A stretch of 63,378 nucleotides of DNA, counting the filler, from Choristocarpus tenellus KU-1152 (taxonomy: Eukaryota > Protista > Phaeophyceae), in assembly GCA_964200185.2 (NCBI GenBank). It is 7 parts of 7 records of this genome, joined end to end, with 100 filler letters (N's around TTAATTAATTAA, not from the genome) between each part and the next. Parts side by side here need not be neighbours in the genome. Positions count along the whole stretch, not along the records: positions 47,366 to 56,260 come from CAXNAD020004221.1; positions 56,361 to 59,210 come from CAXNAD020024214.1; positions 59,311 to 63,378 come from CAXNAD020016391.1; 4 more parts are not named here. One strand, 5' to 3'. The first letter of the stretch is position 1, and each line of letters starts with the position of its first letter. Both the position numbers and the translations under genes were made by a program. Shown in pieces: positions 49,946 to 63,263 of the stretch. The notes under the pieces were generated by a model. That model was not told where the DNA came from and ran no database searches. It saw nothing but the letters and a program-made list of their open reading frames with translations.

Positions 49946-52009
49946 GTGGACCGAGTCAGGATGTCCACTATCTTGAATGGTTCCCTCTTAGATAGAAAAA
50001 CTGGCTTAGCCCGACCTATAGCTTTCTCACCTGGACAAGTAGACGCTTGGGTCTTGCGAACGCCAGCCGTGGTTCCACCTGACTCCATATCTGATGCTCG
50101 AGTTTATGCCTCATCTTCGACTGGGAGGGAAGATTGTGACTCACCGCACTCTTGTGATGAGGACAATGAGGTGGCAATGTTGACTGAAGGTAGATGTTCT
50201 TCATGTCGAAAGGGTGATCACACCCACCACACACCCCTTGTTACGCCACCGTCACAGCAGGGTCATGACAAGAAGGAGTCAGCTTTAGGACTGTGGGGAG
50301 AAAGTGAAAAAAATATTGATGTCAACACGGTCATCGAAGCAAGGGGGGAAGGACTAGATAATAATTTAAAGCTGTCGGCGGATGTCTTCAAGGTAATGGA
50401 GGAGTGGCGGGCGGAGACGGAGTGCGAGCTACTTCGAGAGGGCTCGATGGTATCCAGTATGTCTGCAAAGCGTCAACGGCTGGATGTCATCAAGCATTTT
50501 ATCCCCCCAAGTATTGATTGATAGGGTCTCTTTTAGTTTATAACATAGGCGGTACTTCCAGAACTCTTCAAGGAACTGTGCATTGGTGTTTGGCATACAG
50601 GTCACACTTGCACCGTTGAAATGTACAATGCATCGTTCTAGACTCACTAGGAGCCGCGAACAATGCAGCCAGAACTCAGGAGACCATTAGAGAGGATTTT
50701 GTTGTTTGGATTGACATGCCCCATTAGAAACAAGATAATGCGTTGTGAAGAGAGGAAACATACATTGTATGGAGAGCTATTTTTCCATATCTGATTGCAT
50801 CGTAACTGGTGACCCCTTTGCACAGTGGGCGCTCGAAAGGAGACAAGATGGTAGATATTTACCGTAGAAGAATCAGTAGCAGTGCTAAACATAAAGCAAC
50901 CCCCGACGAAGTGGCTTAGGTGACGCTCTTGTAGGTCGTGATTGTGGCTTGGTCTTGTTGTGTGGTCTTCATCGTTCAACATTTAGTTATACATATTCCA
51001 GAAAACGATGACCATCGTAACACTTTCCCTTGTATGAATTAAGAAAAACTAGATTTGACACTGGTCAGGGAGGCTGTGTCAGCAGAACTCTCCTCTTGTC
51101 TTGCTTGATGGAGAGCGGCACAGTATGGTAACAGAGGTGCTATGCTGGGCCAGACCTTTCAAACTGACGTTTCTCTCACTGAAAGCTCGCGATGTCCTCG
51201 ATTTAGGTGATAAACCTGAGATATCTGCCCCTGTATTGACCTTTTGCATTGCAACTCACTTCAACCAGCTGATACAACATTGAATGGCCCGCAAAGAAGG
51301 GGTGTCGATAATGTTAATTGTTTACATCCTCAGATCATCTGTAGCAGCACCCTGAATGCTCCATAAATATTTGGAGATCGCTCTCTCTAACATACCTCCA
51401 AATCATGGCAGATGCCGAGAGACAAGAAAAATGAAGTGTTGAAATATACGATTTACTCGGCTTGCACATCTAGAATAGTTTGGCGATATCTACATCATTA
51501 TGCGGCACCTTGTATGTTCTAATTTCGAACCCAGAAGGAATGAATCCAGAGGAACTACACTTGTATTCACAACGTACAACTACCTGTCAGCCACATCCTT
51601 GCCGATTTAATCAATATGTGTGGCTGCTTCATTGTGCAGGTTATATTATATGACATAGCGGCAAATGGCCCCTACCTATGAATGGGGGTCCCTATTCGAC
51701 GGTGGCAGTCTAAAACCATGCGATTTGAATCAAAGTGACCTTCGACAAGGTTGGCAATCAACCCTGTTATCTCCTTTTGAGACGCGTCTTAAGCAATGTG
51801 GAAACGTCATCTTGTCAGGAAAGAAAGATCAAGTGTTCGAAGTTGCTGGTACATATTACATGATTGAGTTCATTTCCAGATGTAATCATGGAGAAGTAAC
51901 ATCAATTCAGAGAATGCAACAACATAATGAAATAGGGAATATATTTGAACACAAGAAAGCCCTTGAATCTACCCTTGGAATCTATGTACGGAAAATACAA
52001 TTTGCCTGA
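49946..52009 (+). pseudogene. Decayed, apparently intronless coding region of unknown family
   Basis: 191-aa and 114-aa protein-like ORFs with stop/frameshift-riddled coding-like sequence between them; no motif recognised. Confidence 0.3.
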
Positions 52010-54595
52010 AAACAATAATATTTATTGCAACACACACAGCTGAACAAATGAGTCCCACAAGTCCGTCAAAACCCACCTTGCCCACCACCCTGGTGTCTCT
52101 ACCTTGAAATACACGCCCCTTGGGGTCACCACTTGTGTTGCGAAGTATACAATATATTCCACGTGTGCCCTCACTGTTCCCTTCCCACTGAAACCCTCAA
52201 CCCCCCTACCACTAACTACACAAAAGGTTACATAATCCTGGGAGTGCTGTGGTTGTGCACTGAGGGGCTCGAAGCTTTCCACCAGGAACTTCCTGAGGTT
52301 GTAACTGTGAGGGTCAAAAAAATAATTTTCTAGTGGTTGCGCTTCTGGGGTCCAATTTCAGCAGCAGCGGTGTTATTGTTTGTAGATGAACCTTGAATAT
52401 GGTTGTCCGCTTGAAGCCTCTCTCTGTGGAGGCTACATCCAGGAGGAGACTCTTTTTCACGATAGGAAGCAGTGGCTGTGTTTGGCAGTGCCCCAACATG
52501 GAATACTGCATCCATGTAGAAATTCCAGTCTATAGTGAAGGGACTCCCATCCTCCAGGGTGCAGGCAGGGAATACCCATTCGTCTGCAGAGGCTACCCAG
52601 TTGCTTCGCCGTGCCACACAAGAATGTGTTTCTTTTACTGGTGTATTTATTTGGAGTGTCCACGCTGGCGTCGATGTTTGATCTCTACACTGGACTGGAC
52701 AGACAAGTACAGGAGGGGAGCAACAGACACTTCCCATAATCCACGTACACATATATCCACATACTCTATTGTATACCTGAAAGATATCTTCAGCTGAAGA
52801 AGTAATTTTACGTAGTCACAGTAGGGTAATGCTGTTATATCTACAACATATATAACGTTTTGTCAACCATCTAATACTACCAATAAATTGCTGTCACACA
52901 TAAGAGTAAGCTACTATAACAGTCGCTGAAACTCCACTGTGTCCATGTGTGTCGCAGCGCCTATTCCAGCACCCTCCCTTGGCGTGACAACTTTGTACGC
53001 CATGATACCAACCAAATTCCCCTCTTGCATCCTCTATAACCCGTGCCACTTCTGATATTTATATCCAGCAACACCTCATCAAAATTCTTAGAGACATCTA
53101 CAAGGAATCCTTAAACTGCATGATGGTCTAAAGTAACACCGACTCGACAACCACAGTGACATCATTATTATGAAGTCCATCCACCTCTACAAAACTGCAA
53201 CCCTACTTAGTAAATCTTCAATATCAACATTTTTGGGAGCTATACAACCAGTGTCAGCATTAACTACCCCAGTCACAGGAGCACTTCCCACTCCTACAGC
53301 ACCTGCGGGACTGCAATGTGGGTTGTTGAGATTAGGTTGCTGTTGTCCAGACTGTTCTAGTCGCTCAGTCCTAATAACAAAGTGTGCCTGAAGATGATGA
53401 GGAATATCATTTGGTCGCAGGAACTCTTCATACTCAACACCCATACATATATCGAGTCTCACATGAGAAGTATGACCTGATCCCCTTGCCTGTCCAATAT
53501 TCTGGAGCACTGATCTACTGTTCTGCACTGTAGCTATTCTAGTCATCGGGCCGTTACGTTTCACATAGTCAAACGTACTACACCTAAACACTTAACACCT
53601 GTTTTACCTTGGCCATCCTTTCCTAATAATAATACCCGCCTCCAAGCAGACCTTGAACTCTTGCCCTTCCTGACTTGAAGATCTTCTTGCCTTGACCTGT
53701 CTTGTTGCCCACCTCCTGCAAAGTCCTCCTGTCCTTGTCACTGCATTCAACAGCTACCACCGTAGAATAACATTCCATCCAGAAGTTTGCCCAGGATCTC
53801 GTAATGAGCTCCAAGTCCGCGATCTCAACCTCAAGCAAGACGCATAGATAGCCAAGGTCTACATTTTGGTCGAGACCGGTACTGGGTCGTCCCTGTCCCA
53901 TAATACACGCTTGAAGTGTGATGAAAAATATGTAATACTAGTATTAAGTGTACACAACATAGATGCTCATTCTCAAATTGTGTCAAAAAGCTGGGGCCGA
54001 CAGTCAGTGCAGTGTCTGGGGTGTCACGAGTAAGGCAGTTAGAGAAGAGAAAACAGCACACCATATACTGCTCTACCCTAAGCCCTTGTCTGTAAATAGA
54101 GAACCTCCACTCAAGTGGTGACAAGAACACTATACACAGGGTGTTGCAATTGTCTCCATTACCCCGCCATGATTCCTGCTACGTACGTCTTCTACACCTG
54201 GGCACCATGGTCATCCCTACGAGAGTGCAGCATAACAGTAGTAGTATCATGAACTATACCCCCAGAGAGATATTAACGTTTGGTAGTGATTGTGTTGCCA
54301 ACGGGGGAGAACACACGTTGAGATGAGGATAAAACCGAAGGGACCACCAAGCTCCTCCACCACATCCATATCCACTGCATACCACAGTATACCTTCGGCT
54401 GGCAATGTAGTTTATCCATGTGATAGATAATCTCCAATTGTGCCCTCTCGTGTACATATTCCCGTCTTCATCTCCAAGGAGGACACCCTGCCACACTGCT
54501 GCTGTGATGTCTTCGTCACCATCCTGAGCACCGTAGTGTTGTTGAAGAACCGCTGCTTGTTCTCATAACCATCATTATCAGAGCAGGTCTCTCCC

Positions 54596-54855
54596 GAGCC
54601 AAAGTATCTTGGAGGGTAGAGCCATGTCCGTTTGGGGCCCAAAATCCGATGTTGCAATTCGGATGAAATTTTGAACATCGTGTTTGTTAGGAAGTGTCAA
54701 TATCCATGTTCTGAACACACCTTTTCATCATGTACAAATTTTATCTACTCCAAAACATTTTGGAGTAGATAAATGTCATATAAATAACCCATGGGAAGCC
54801 AAGTCCCAAAAGGACAAACAGGGCGAAACTTGTACCCTCTAAGACACTTTCACTC
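54596..54855 (+). mobile_element. Family-2 MITE
   Basis: GAGCCAAAGTATCTTGGAGGGTA...TACCCTCTAAGACACTTTCACTC. Confidence 0.78.
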
Positions 54856-55399
54856 TACCTCCTCACCTACATTCCCTTCTACTTCAGCTTCTTCATCGTC
54901 CTCCTCCAATCGATCTACAGGGTTGTAGAGGTTGTCCCTGAAGAGTACCACAGAGAGTTTATAATCTCAGTTTCGAATTGAGGTCCAGTAGCTATATATA
55001 GCGTGGAATTCGATGAGATAACATTACCTACATTATTGTAACACTACTTGTTTAAGAATGCAGGCAGCCTCTGTTTACTGACAACGAGAAAAGCGATAAA
55101 GATATTTCTTCAAAGTGATACCAATATGAAGACACTCACTCATCCCTTCCTATCACGTCGACCCAGGGGGGGGGGCTTCATCCCAGAGTCGAGGACTGCG
55201 GAATTGCACATCAAGTTAAGACGTTTCCAGATCTCCTCTTTGATCTTGAAGGAAGAACCTCGATGCCCCTTGCGTCGCCTTCTTATATATCATTCTCTTC
55301 TTTGTTGTCGCGTCACCTTCCCTTGTGTGGTCAAGTACAGTGTCCAGCACAATTGCCACACCCTCATCAGATACGACGATAAGCAGGATTACAATGACA

Positions 55400-56260
55400 G
55401 AAGTGAAAAAAGGGAAAGAAAACCAGGGGTACAAGACGAGGAGGAGAGACCAAGGCAACCTCCGAGCAAGCTTCTCCCACCCACCCACACTGTCGCTTGC
55501 TCACGAACGACGGAAACGCTGGGAAAAGGGGGGGGGAGGGGAGGTCAAGTTACGGCGGGGTAGATATCTTCTAGCTCAAAGGCGCGGTTTGAAGTGGATC
55601 ATGAAGGGGTGTTCTTGGATGATTGTGGAGTGGTGTTGAGTGGTGTGAGAACTGCTGTGGGGTTGAGGGGAGTGGTAACTTGTGTGGGTTGAAAGGATGG
55701 CTGGCAAGCAGTGACGAAGGGCATTCGCACTGGTTGGTCATCGAGTGGGGGTAAATAGGAAACCAGGAGAGGAATGGAGAATAGAGTGATAATAATAATA
55801 ATAATCCAGAATTCGTGAGCAAAACAAAGTGAGAGTTTATGAAGTAATCTGAGTTTTGTGGGCGGAAGAATTCTGGTTGGCTGGGGGGACAGGACAAGCG
55901 TGGGTAGGGGAAAGAAAAAGAAGGAAGCAGGAAGAGAATGAATAGTTAAGGAAGGGAAGAAAAGGTTCATGAGAATGAGTGGTAGATAAGGGGAAGAACA
56001 GCAGCCAGTCAGTGATAAAAGGAAAGAAAACCAGGGATACAAGACGAGGAGGGGAGACCAAGGCAACCTCCGAGCAAGCTTCTCCCACCCACCCACCCTG
56101 TCACTTGCTCACGAATGACGGGAACACTGGGAAAGAGGGGGGGAAGGGGAGGTCAAGTTCCAGCGGGGTGGATGTCTTCTAGCTCAAAGGCACGGTTTGA
56201 AGTGGGTTATGAAGGGGTGTTCTTGGATGATTGTGGGTGGTGTTGAGTGGTGTGAGAACT
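55400..56260. repeat. Diverged direct repeat of about 250 bp (55400-55652 and 56011-56260)
   Basis: AAAGAAAACCAGGG.TACAAGACGAGGAGG...GAGTGGTGTGAGAACT occurs twice, giving duplicate ORF starts MGGWEKLARRLPWS. Confidence 0.8.
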
Positions 56261-56360
56261 NNNNNNNNNNNNNNNNNNNNNNNNNNNNNNNNNNNNNNNN
56301 NNNNTTAATTAATTAANNNNNNNNNNNNNNNNNNNNNNNNNNNNNNNNNNNNNNNNNNNN
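56261..56360. other. Artificial contig linker
   Basis: N44-TTAATTAATTAA-N44. Confidence 0.97.
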
Positions 56361-56364
56361 TGGC

Positions 56365-57581
56365 ATGGACACCCCCCCGTCATCCCCCCCACGTACAAAG
56401 GGCGCCCAAGAGTCCCTGAATACCAGGGTTGCGTTTGCAGTGTGGCACGCCCTTGCGATGGTCCCTGGTGAGCATAAACTGTCGCGACATGTTGAGCTGG
56501 CCCTCGCAGTGGAGTCTAGAGTGTCCGAGCGTTATATTCGAGGGCTCTGGAAGGATGTCACTGATCAACTCGCCCGTAGCCACATGCTTGACCTAGAGGT
56601 GGCGGCACGTAGTGGTCGGGCTTTGGAGCTCACGTTGACCAAGATAGCCGCAATACATAGTATCAACTCCGATAATCGGTCATCCACAATGCATCAGGTG
56701 ACAATGAAGATGGTCCCCAAGGGCCGAATTATAGCACGAGCACCATAAAGAGGTGGTTGGATGATATGGGGGTCATGCCGAATCGCCGCTGGATTAAACC
56801 CAAGCTTAAATCGTTACAAAAGGTATGGAGAATGGGCTTTGTTTGCGATCAAGTGGGCAGGAAACGTGGTGTGTACGCCTCCATGGCGAGTGGCTGAAAT
56901 CTGGTTATACATAATGGCTGATGGGAAAAGGGTTAGGGTATTTCTGCATGAGGATGATAGCGACCTTCCAGGGTCCCCTACTGTGCAGAACAAGAGTCAT
57001 ATCCCCCAAACCATGATCGTTGCAGCCAATGCCTGCCCAGATTCGGCTCACAGCATTGATGGAAAGCTTGGTGTTTGGCGCGTATGTGCATCAAAAACGG
57101 CAGACAGGACAAGCTAGAACCAAAAAAAGGGGGATGTGTATGAGCAGGACCGTACTTTAGACCATTAAACGGAGGAGTTACTGCATGCAATCAAGACCAA
57201 GGTGCCTTGGTTGCAGGGGAGCATGTTGTTGCTCAGGAAGACGGTGCCACCTGCCACACGGGCAAGGGCAACTCAGAAATCTTGTCAGGGACAGGGAAGA
57301 CTAAGGGGTGGTTGATTAGGCTCGTGACGCAGCCATCTAACTCCCCTGACCTCAATGTCATGGTCCTGAGCTTCTTCAGGTCTTTGAAATGCCGGATGAT
57401 GGGGGAGCGGTTTGGGTCCATAGAGGAGACAGTGAAGATCGTTAAGAAACAGTGTGAGGAGTATGATGAAACCACACTTGAGAGGGCTTTGCAGCTCCTT
57501 CTTATTGTGTACAATCAAGTACTTATATACAAAGGGGGGAATGACTTCAGTGTTGAGCACACAGGGGTAAGGAAGAGGTAG
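56365..57581 (+). mobile_element. Degenerate plant-type mariner transposase, second family
   Basis: RSGR HTH linker, EIWLY, QNKSHIPQTMIVAANACP...IDGKLGVW, QEDGATCH...QPSNSPDLNVMVLSFFRSLK and GGNDF; frameshifted, with the third catalytic D lost. Confidence 0.82.
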
Positions 57582-58696
57582 TTGCCTGGTGAGCTTGAAA
57601 ACATGCCGAAGGTAGATATCGAAACTTTTTCTGTGGCTGATAAAATTGTGATGGATGGGGAGTAATAATTATAAACAGAGCAGATCCTAATCAGAAATTC
57701 GTCAGGGATTCCAAATCTTCTTTCAGAAATGAATTTCATCATGTTCAAAAGTTATGGACAATGCGGAGGAGACTTTTGGCATGGAGGTAGTAGTATGTAG
57801 TTAGTATTGCCAGAGAGGTCACATCATGTTCACAACCACAAAGCCATCCTATCCAGACGTATTGGCGACTAAGATGAGTGGTTCCAACCGCGAGTGGAGG
57901 AGGATGGGCGTCCCTGTACACACAGGAAAATACCCTATAGAGTCTTGCACGCATGAATGGCTGGGTGAATAAACCATTGCACTACCAAAACGCCATTGCG
58001 TGCAGTCATTGCTTCACTCTCACCTCAAGCAAAGCTTCCACCAAGCCAAGGACTTCTTCTATATTCGGCTACAGCACTCTTCTGCCCTATCAAATTATGT
58101 GTGACCGTTTTAAAGTCTAATTATCCCGAACAATCCATGCACTACCCGCTACTGTGTTCTGCCCTGCCAAATTATGTAGTGCCGTTTTAAAGTCTCAATG
58201 TCCCAAGCAACCCACCCACTGCCCGTTACTGTGCACATGATCAAGAACTGGAACTGGTCATGATATTGGTCATGCACATTGGATGTAATGGGGACACACT
58301 TCCCTCTTCGCTACCAGCCTTGCCCAATGAAAGTTCATTATCAAGAAAACCGATCATAATCCCATGATTCCGTCCAAGAAAAGGTGGTCAATGGTTCTGT
58401 TTCAGAGGAGTACATCGAATTGGTTGTATTGTTCGATTTCAGTCCACAAACTTTTTAGGTTCTAATGCTTCACAACAGAAAAATGGGTATTCTTGCTGTA
58501 CTAAAATGTACCGCACTTTTTCTAAATGCTCACTGTCAAACACTGGTGCACTTATGACCACCTACCGCGCCAAGTAGGATTAGAGGGGATACCCCGACCC
58601 CTCTCCAGGGACGACTTTTCCATAGTGGTTTGGCCGACTATCTCCCCACTTAGAAGTTCGTCTTGTTGTTTTCCTCTTGGTACCTAATCGTGGTTG

Positions 58697-59017
58697 CTAT
58701 AGGTTAGAACCCTCCCCCCCTATGCACTGCTTTGAAACCTTTCCTGGTCCTTCCATGTTCCTCCTAATAATGTAAGGTTTGAAAGCATCTGACTTCCAAC
58801 GTCCTGTTTGAAGAATGCTAAGCCCTCCCACGCCGTTAGTTCCTAACCCCGTTGCCCTCCCTTTCCTCCCCAAATGCCAAGCACATTTATTTGGCTGTAG
58901 TCCACACGCCCTGATGATGAGGAGGAGTGCATGGCGGCTTGCTCCCGTGGTCCACACTTCAACCTGTTGAAGTATCCCACACTGGATCCGCAGCTTTGGT
59001 CCTTTAATGAAGGACAA
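58697..59017 (-). mobile_element. Tyrosine recombinase C-terminal remnant (DIRS/Ngaro-type retroelement)
   Basis: GLQPNKCAWHLGRKGRAT...GV...ILQTGRWKSDAFKPYI matches the H-x-x-R ... GRW.S.....Y pattern. Confidence 0.72.
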
Positions 59018-59210
59018 TGAACAGCTTAATGTAGATAAATATAATATTACAAGAGGGCTTGTCGTCTCGATTCCACTGACTGAGAACGTGGGTAAGACCA
59101 GTGCTGATTGTCACGAGGGGTTTGCAATTGTCCACATGGATAATCAGAAAATAATATTATAATCAGAAATGAATGCTGCAATCAGAAAAGAATGGGTCAA
59201 AGTATCTGGG

Positions 59211-59310
59211 NNNNNNNNNNNNNNNNNNNNNNNNNNNNNNNNNNNNNNNNNNNNTTAATTAATTAANNNNNNNNNNNNNNNNNNNNNNNNNNNNNNNNNN
59301 NNNNNNNNNN
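59211..59310. other. Artificial contig linker
   Basis: N44-TTAATTAATTAA-N44, preceded by a MITE TIR GGGTCAAAGTATCTGGG. Confidence 0.97.
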
Positions 59311-59669
59311 CTGTTCTACATAATGAGGAAATAATCGAGTTATTTACACACACAAGTCTTGGGAACACCAGTTTCTTTAACAAAAGGACTCCTGGGCCAC
59401 TGAGCCATGAGGACCCTCCACACCACTTACTGAACCTATTCCAGATTCTTTCTCCAAACAACTCACACTCTCATATAAGAGACGAAAGAGAGAGGCTCAA
59501 CACCATAGGGGTCCTCACCACCACCGACACATTGGTTTACAATTGGGTATAGGGTTTGTTTGTTTGAGTTTGTGTGCAAGAGTAGTTGGTCCTTGTTGGT
59601 CAGAAAGGCAAAAGCTCTTTTCCCCCTCAGGAGACAATATACTCATTAATTTTCATTTTCTCTACAGTA

Positions 59670-61421
59670 CTTCCTCTGTTCAGAATTAAACGTAACATGA
59701 CTTTTGCAGCCCCGATGAAGAACCAAGTTTTTTTTCAGATGTCCATATATTAGAGTATTGTGCAGGCATTAAAGGTTGCCCACCAAAATCTCCAGCAAAA
59801 TGGGGCAGCCTACACCCATCTATGATTCCACCTCCGAAGCCCTCAAAGACTCCATTCTAGCACAGAATTTCACTGCATACACCAGGGCATTCGAGGAGAG
59901 CTTGCCCGCCTTTTCAGCCTTTTCCTTGCTAAGATGAGAAATTTTGAAGACTCTGTCACCCTTGGACCTCAGCACTTATCTGTAGACTGCGAAGAGGCTC
60001 TGCCAGACGTGCTCTAGTGTCTCACCGGTGTACACATTGAACGCCTCCATTGTGGCCTCCACCAGCTCCTCTGTGATGGTCACTTCCCACGTCTTCCTTC
60101 TGTTGCTGAATGGAATGGAAGAATCCCAGGTCATTGACGTTGAGGTCAGGTGAGTTGACTGGCTTGGTATCTAAGACAATGTCATCCCCCGCTGCCACCT
60201 CCTCAATTGTCTCCATAATCCCCCCCTCGGTGTGTGGCTTTGCCCCATCCTGATGCACGAAGATTGTGTGCCCTTCTGGTCTAGGCATGTGGACCTTGAT
60301 TGCCCAGATGACATCCTCAATCATGAGCTTCTTATACCTCTCCCCGTCAACCATAGCTGGCACAAGCACCTTGGTACCCTTGGGTTAGTGTTTGCTGAAG
60401 CGCTGGGCGACCTTAGTGTCCACAATCAGCCAAATCCCAATTTTCCCATCGAACAACACCTTGTTGGAGAGCTCCCTAAGGCGGGCCACATCTGCAAGGA
60501 GCATCACCTTCGTAATGCAATGCTTGTTCTTTGGCCGTTGGGGTATGGGAGGGTCCTCAGTTGGGTGCAGGTACACACCTTGCCCATCTTTGAGGACGTA
60601 AACCACTTCTTGTGAACATGCACCCAGTTATACAGATCATCCACCAATACCCTACTTCCCTCCCTCCTGCGTGTGGCTGATGATGAAGCCCAACCCGTTT
60701 GCTTTCTACTGGCCCAAGAGAACTGGCTTAATCCACCGCTTGACCTTCACCTTCTCACGCTTGCACTGATCCCACAATGAGGAAAGGGAGACTCCAGCTT
60801 TGGCTACCCATTTACGGAAGGATGTGTGGTGTACTGATGGGACATCCCAAACATGGAGGATACTTGTACGGTGGCCACATCACTCCTTACAATGTCATAC
60901 AAGGTCCATGAATTCACCCCGTGTGATCTGACTGTCATGCTCCTTCAGATGGTGGAACACGGGGATTCAGGAAATTCCAAAGTCCTCTGTGATGGCCACC
61001 ACTATCCCCCAAGGCATCCGGGTCTCACACCCTCTTGCCTCAAAGCATCTCGCCACCACGCTGTTCTTTGTCGGGGTATTTGAGTCTGGACCCTGGGCAG
61101 ATTTCTGGGCCAAAGAACTGGGACCGATGGGTGACGAAGGGATGAGCAAGCCGCTTGAACAATAGGGGGCCTTCGTCTTAGGCACCCGAGTAAACACCCA
61201 CTTTGACAATTTCATGAGGTTTTTGAACCCGTCAAATGCGACTTGGTCGACTTTGCACTGGTGATCCTCCACAGTCATGACAGCCCACCATCGCAAACAT
61301 TGCACACCTACCAATCTATATGAGAACTAAGCCTCATCCAGACCATTTATCCCGTGGGTCGTTCCCAGACCAGAACAGATATTGCAAAGGTTATGTTACA
61401 TTTAATTCCAAACAGAGGAGG
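59670..61421 (-). mobile_element. Full-length but inactivated plant-type mariner transposon (1752 bp) with TIRs and TA duplication
   Basis: TA|CTTCCTCTGTTCAGAATTAAACGTAACAT ... ATGTTACATTTAATTCCAAACAGAGGAGG|TA; transposase pieces KVMLLADVARLR...FDGKIGIW and HQDGAKPH...NSPDLNVNDLGFFHSIQQ. Confidence 0.9.
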
Positions 61422-62875
61422 TAGTAAACACAAAAATTCTACTCTTTTTTTTTAGGGGATAATATTATAAATTTCTAAGGGTGTGAATGGACACCTTTTT
61501 TCAATATTTCGGGACAATATGTTTACCAAAGGTTAAAAATGCTACAGTCTTTATTCTTTTGTGCAAACAAGATGACTCTCTCTATACACATACATGTTTG
61601 TGTGTGCTAAGTCCTAAGGGAGTGCGTATGTACCATAGGATGTAAGCATGAGAATTGTGGTCACTTCTCTCATACTAATACAATTAGTCATAGTTCAACA
61701 ATTAATCAGTAGCTAGTATGAGAAGTAGTGCAGTGTGTAGTGCCTCTGACCACGGGTCGGTGTAGTCCTCAGACCAAAGTGATGAAAAATAACAGTAACA
61801 ATTGGAAAACTTGCTGTTCATGCTGCGTACAGTTATGGTAATAATACCTAATGAAAATGAATCACAGAGAGAAAAAGTACAAAGGGGAGGATATCATGCC
61901 ACCCTGAGTCATGATACATACAACCGTTCTCAGGGAAGCGCTATTGCAGGATCAAACCCAAAAGCAAGTCAACAAGATTATCAAATATTACAGGAGCTCA
62001 CCCTGCCTCAAAAATCATGGAAAATTGTACTCAAATTCCACCACCTTAGTATGTATGTCAACTCCTCCTTCACACCCCAATTTTGAAGACAGGCAGCATT
62101 CCAATAAGTTGGTGATTTTTTCTAATGCACTTCCCTTGCCCAGCAAGAACAATCTTGCCTCTCTGAGGGAGCAGAGTCTGTGGCACCATGCAGGGCAGTG
62201 AGTGCTCTGAGAGCTACCAAGGCATGTCAAAAGGGGGGTTGCCGCCAAAGGGTGCTTGTCCGTCCCTCCATTCACCTTCCCTCAACAGCAACATACAAAC
62301 ACCACTTTACACTGATACCCTAAGAACAACGCCAAAATGGAAGGGGGTCAGTCTTATCGCCGTGCAAATGGTCCTATCCACTGAAAGTGACATTTGAACT
62401 ATCCCATTGTACACGAGTACTAAAATACCCTTCAGAAATGTCCTCGCAATGTTGACCACAAAGCATTTAATCCCACCTGAAGCATGAAGTATACCCTTAC
62501 AACAAATCACTGTAAGGTTAGGCACCACAAAAAAACAATGTCTTTGCTCAAGATATACAACTGTGAGGACAACTTCCCCAATCAACTCTCGTGGTCAGTC
62601 AGCACTGAACAAAAAAAAGTGATGAAAACTATTCCATTAGTGCAGTCATAAAAAAAAACGAATCAGCTCACATACCTCCAGCCCTACAGACAGTTCAATA
62701 CTGTATAGAGGGGCACAGAAAAAGGTGTACCTCTATTGTGCACTACAGATACATACACTCCACACCACCACCACCGCTTCAACGAGCATACATACATACA
62801 ACTAACCCCAACAACAGCAGCCCACGGCTGCCTATCCCCCGGAACCTAATCAACGAGATGAGTCACTTCACATAC

Positions 62876-63263
62876 CTCGTTCCCTCCCACACACTCTCCC
62901 CAACCACTGCCAAACTCGCCCAAGCACCCATCCCACCTTCCCCTCCCCCCCCATCTTCCAATTGACACCCCTCCCTCTCCTCCTCCAACAATTGGCTGCA
63001 TGTTTCTTGCTCCACTGCCCCCCAAAGCATCATCACTGTACCTAACCCCTACATCATCTGCTTTTTTCGCATCCCCCGCCTTAACCTCACCCCACCCATT
63101 ACCTCCAACGACACTGTCAGAGGTCGTTTGCAAGGCATGGAAGAAGCAATACAGTAACACAGCAGTGCCTCCGGTCTTTGCCAATGCGACAGCAAACGAC
63201 CCAATAGTTGGACCCCTCCCATCTCTGCTCGCAAAGTCCCGACTTCCTAACTCCTCTATGGCT
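62876..63263 (-). CDS. Candidate internal exon of an unidentified gene
   Basis: Pyrimidine-rich CTCAG acceptor, GAG|GTATGT donor, and an open frame AIEELGSRDFASRDG...AVALAKTGGTAVLLYCFFHALQ...; no family recognised. Confidence 0.35.
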
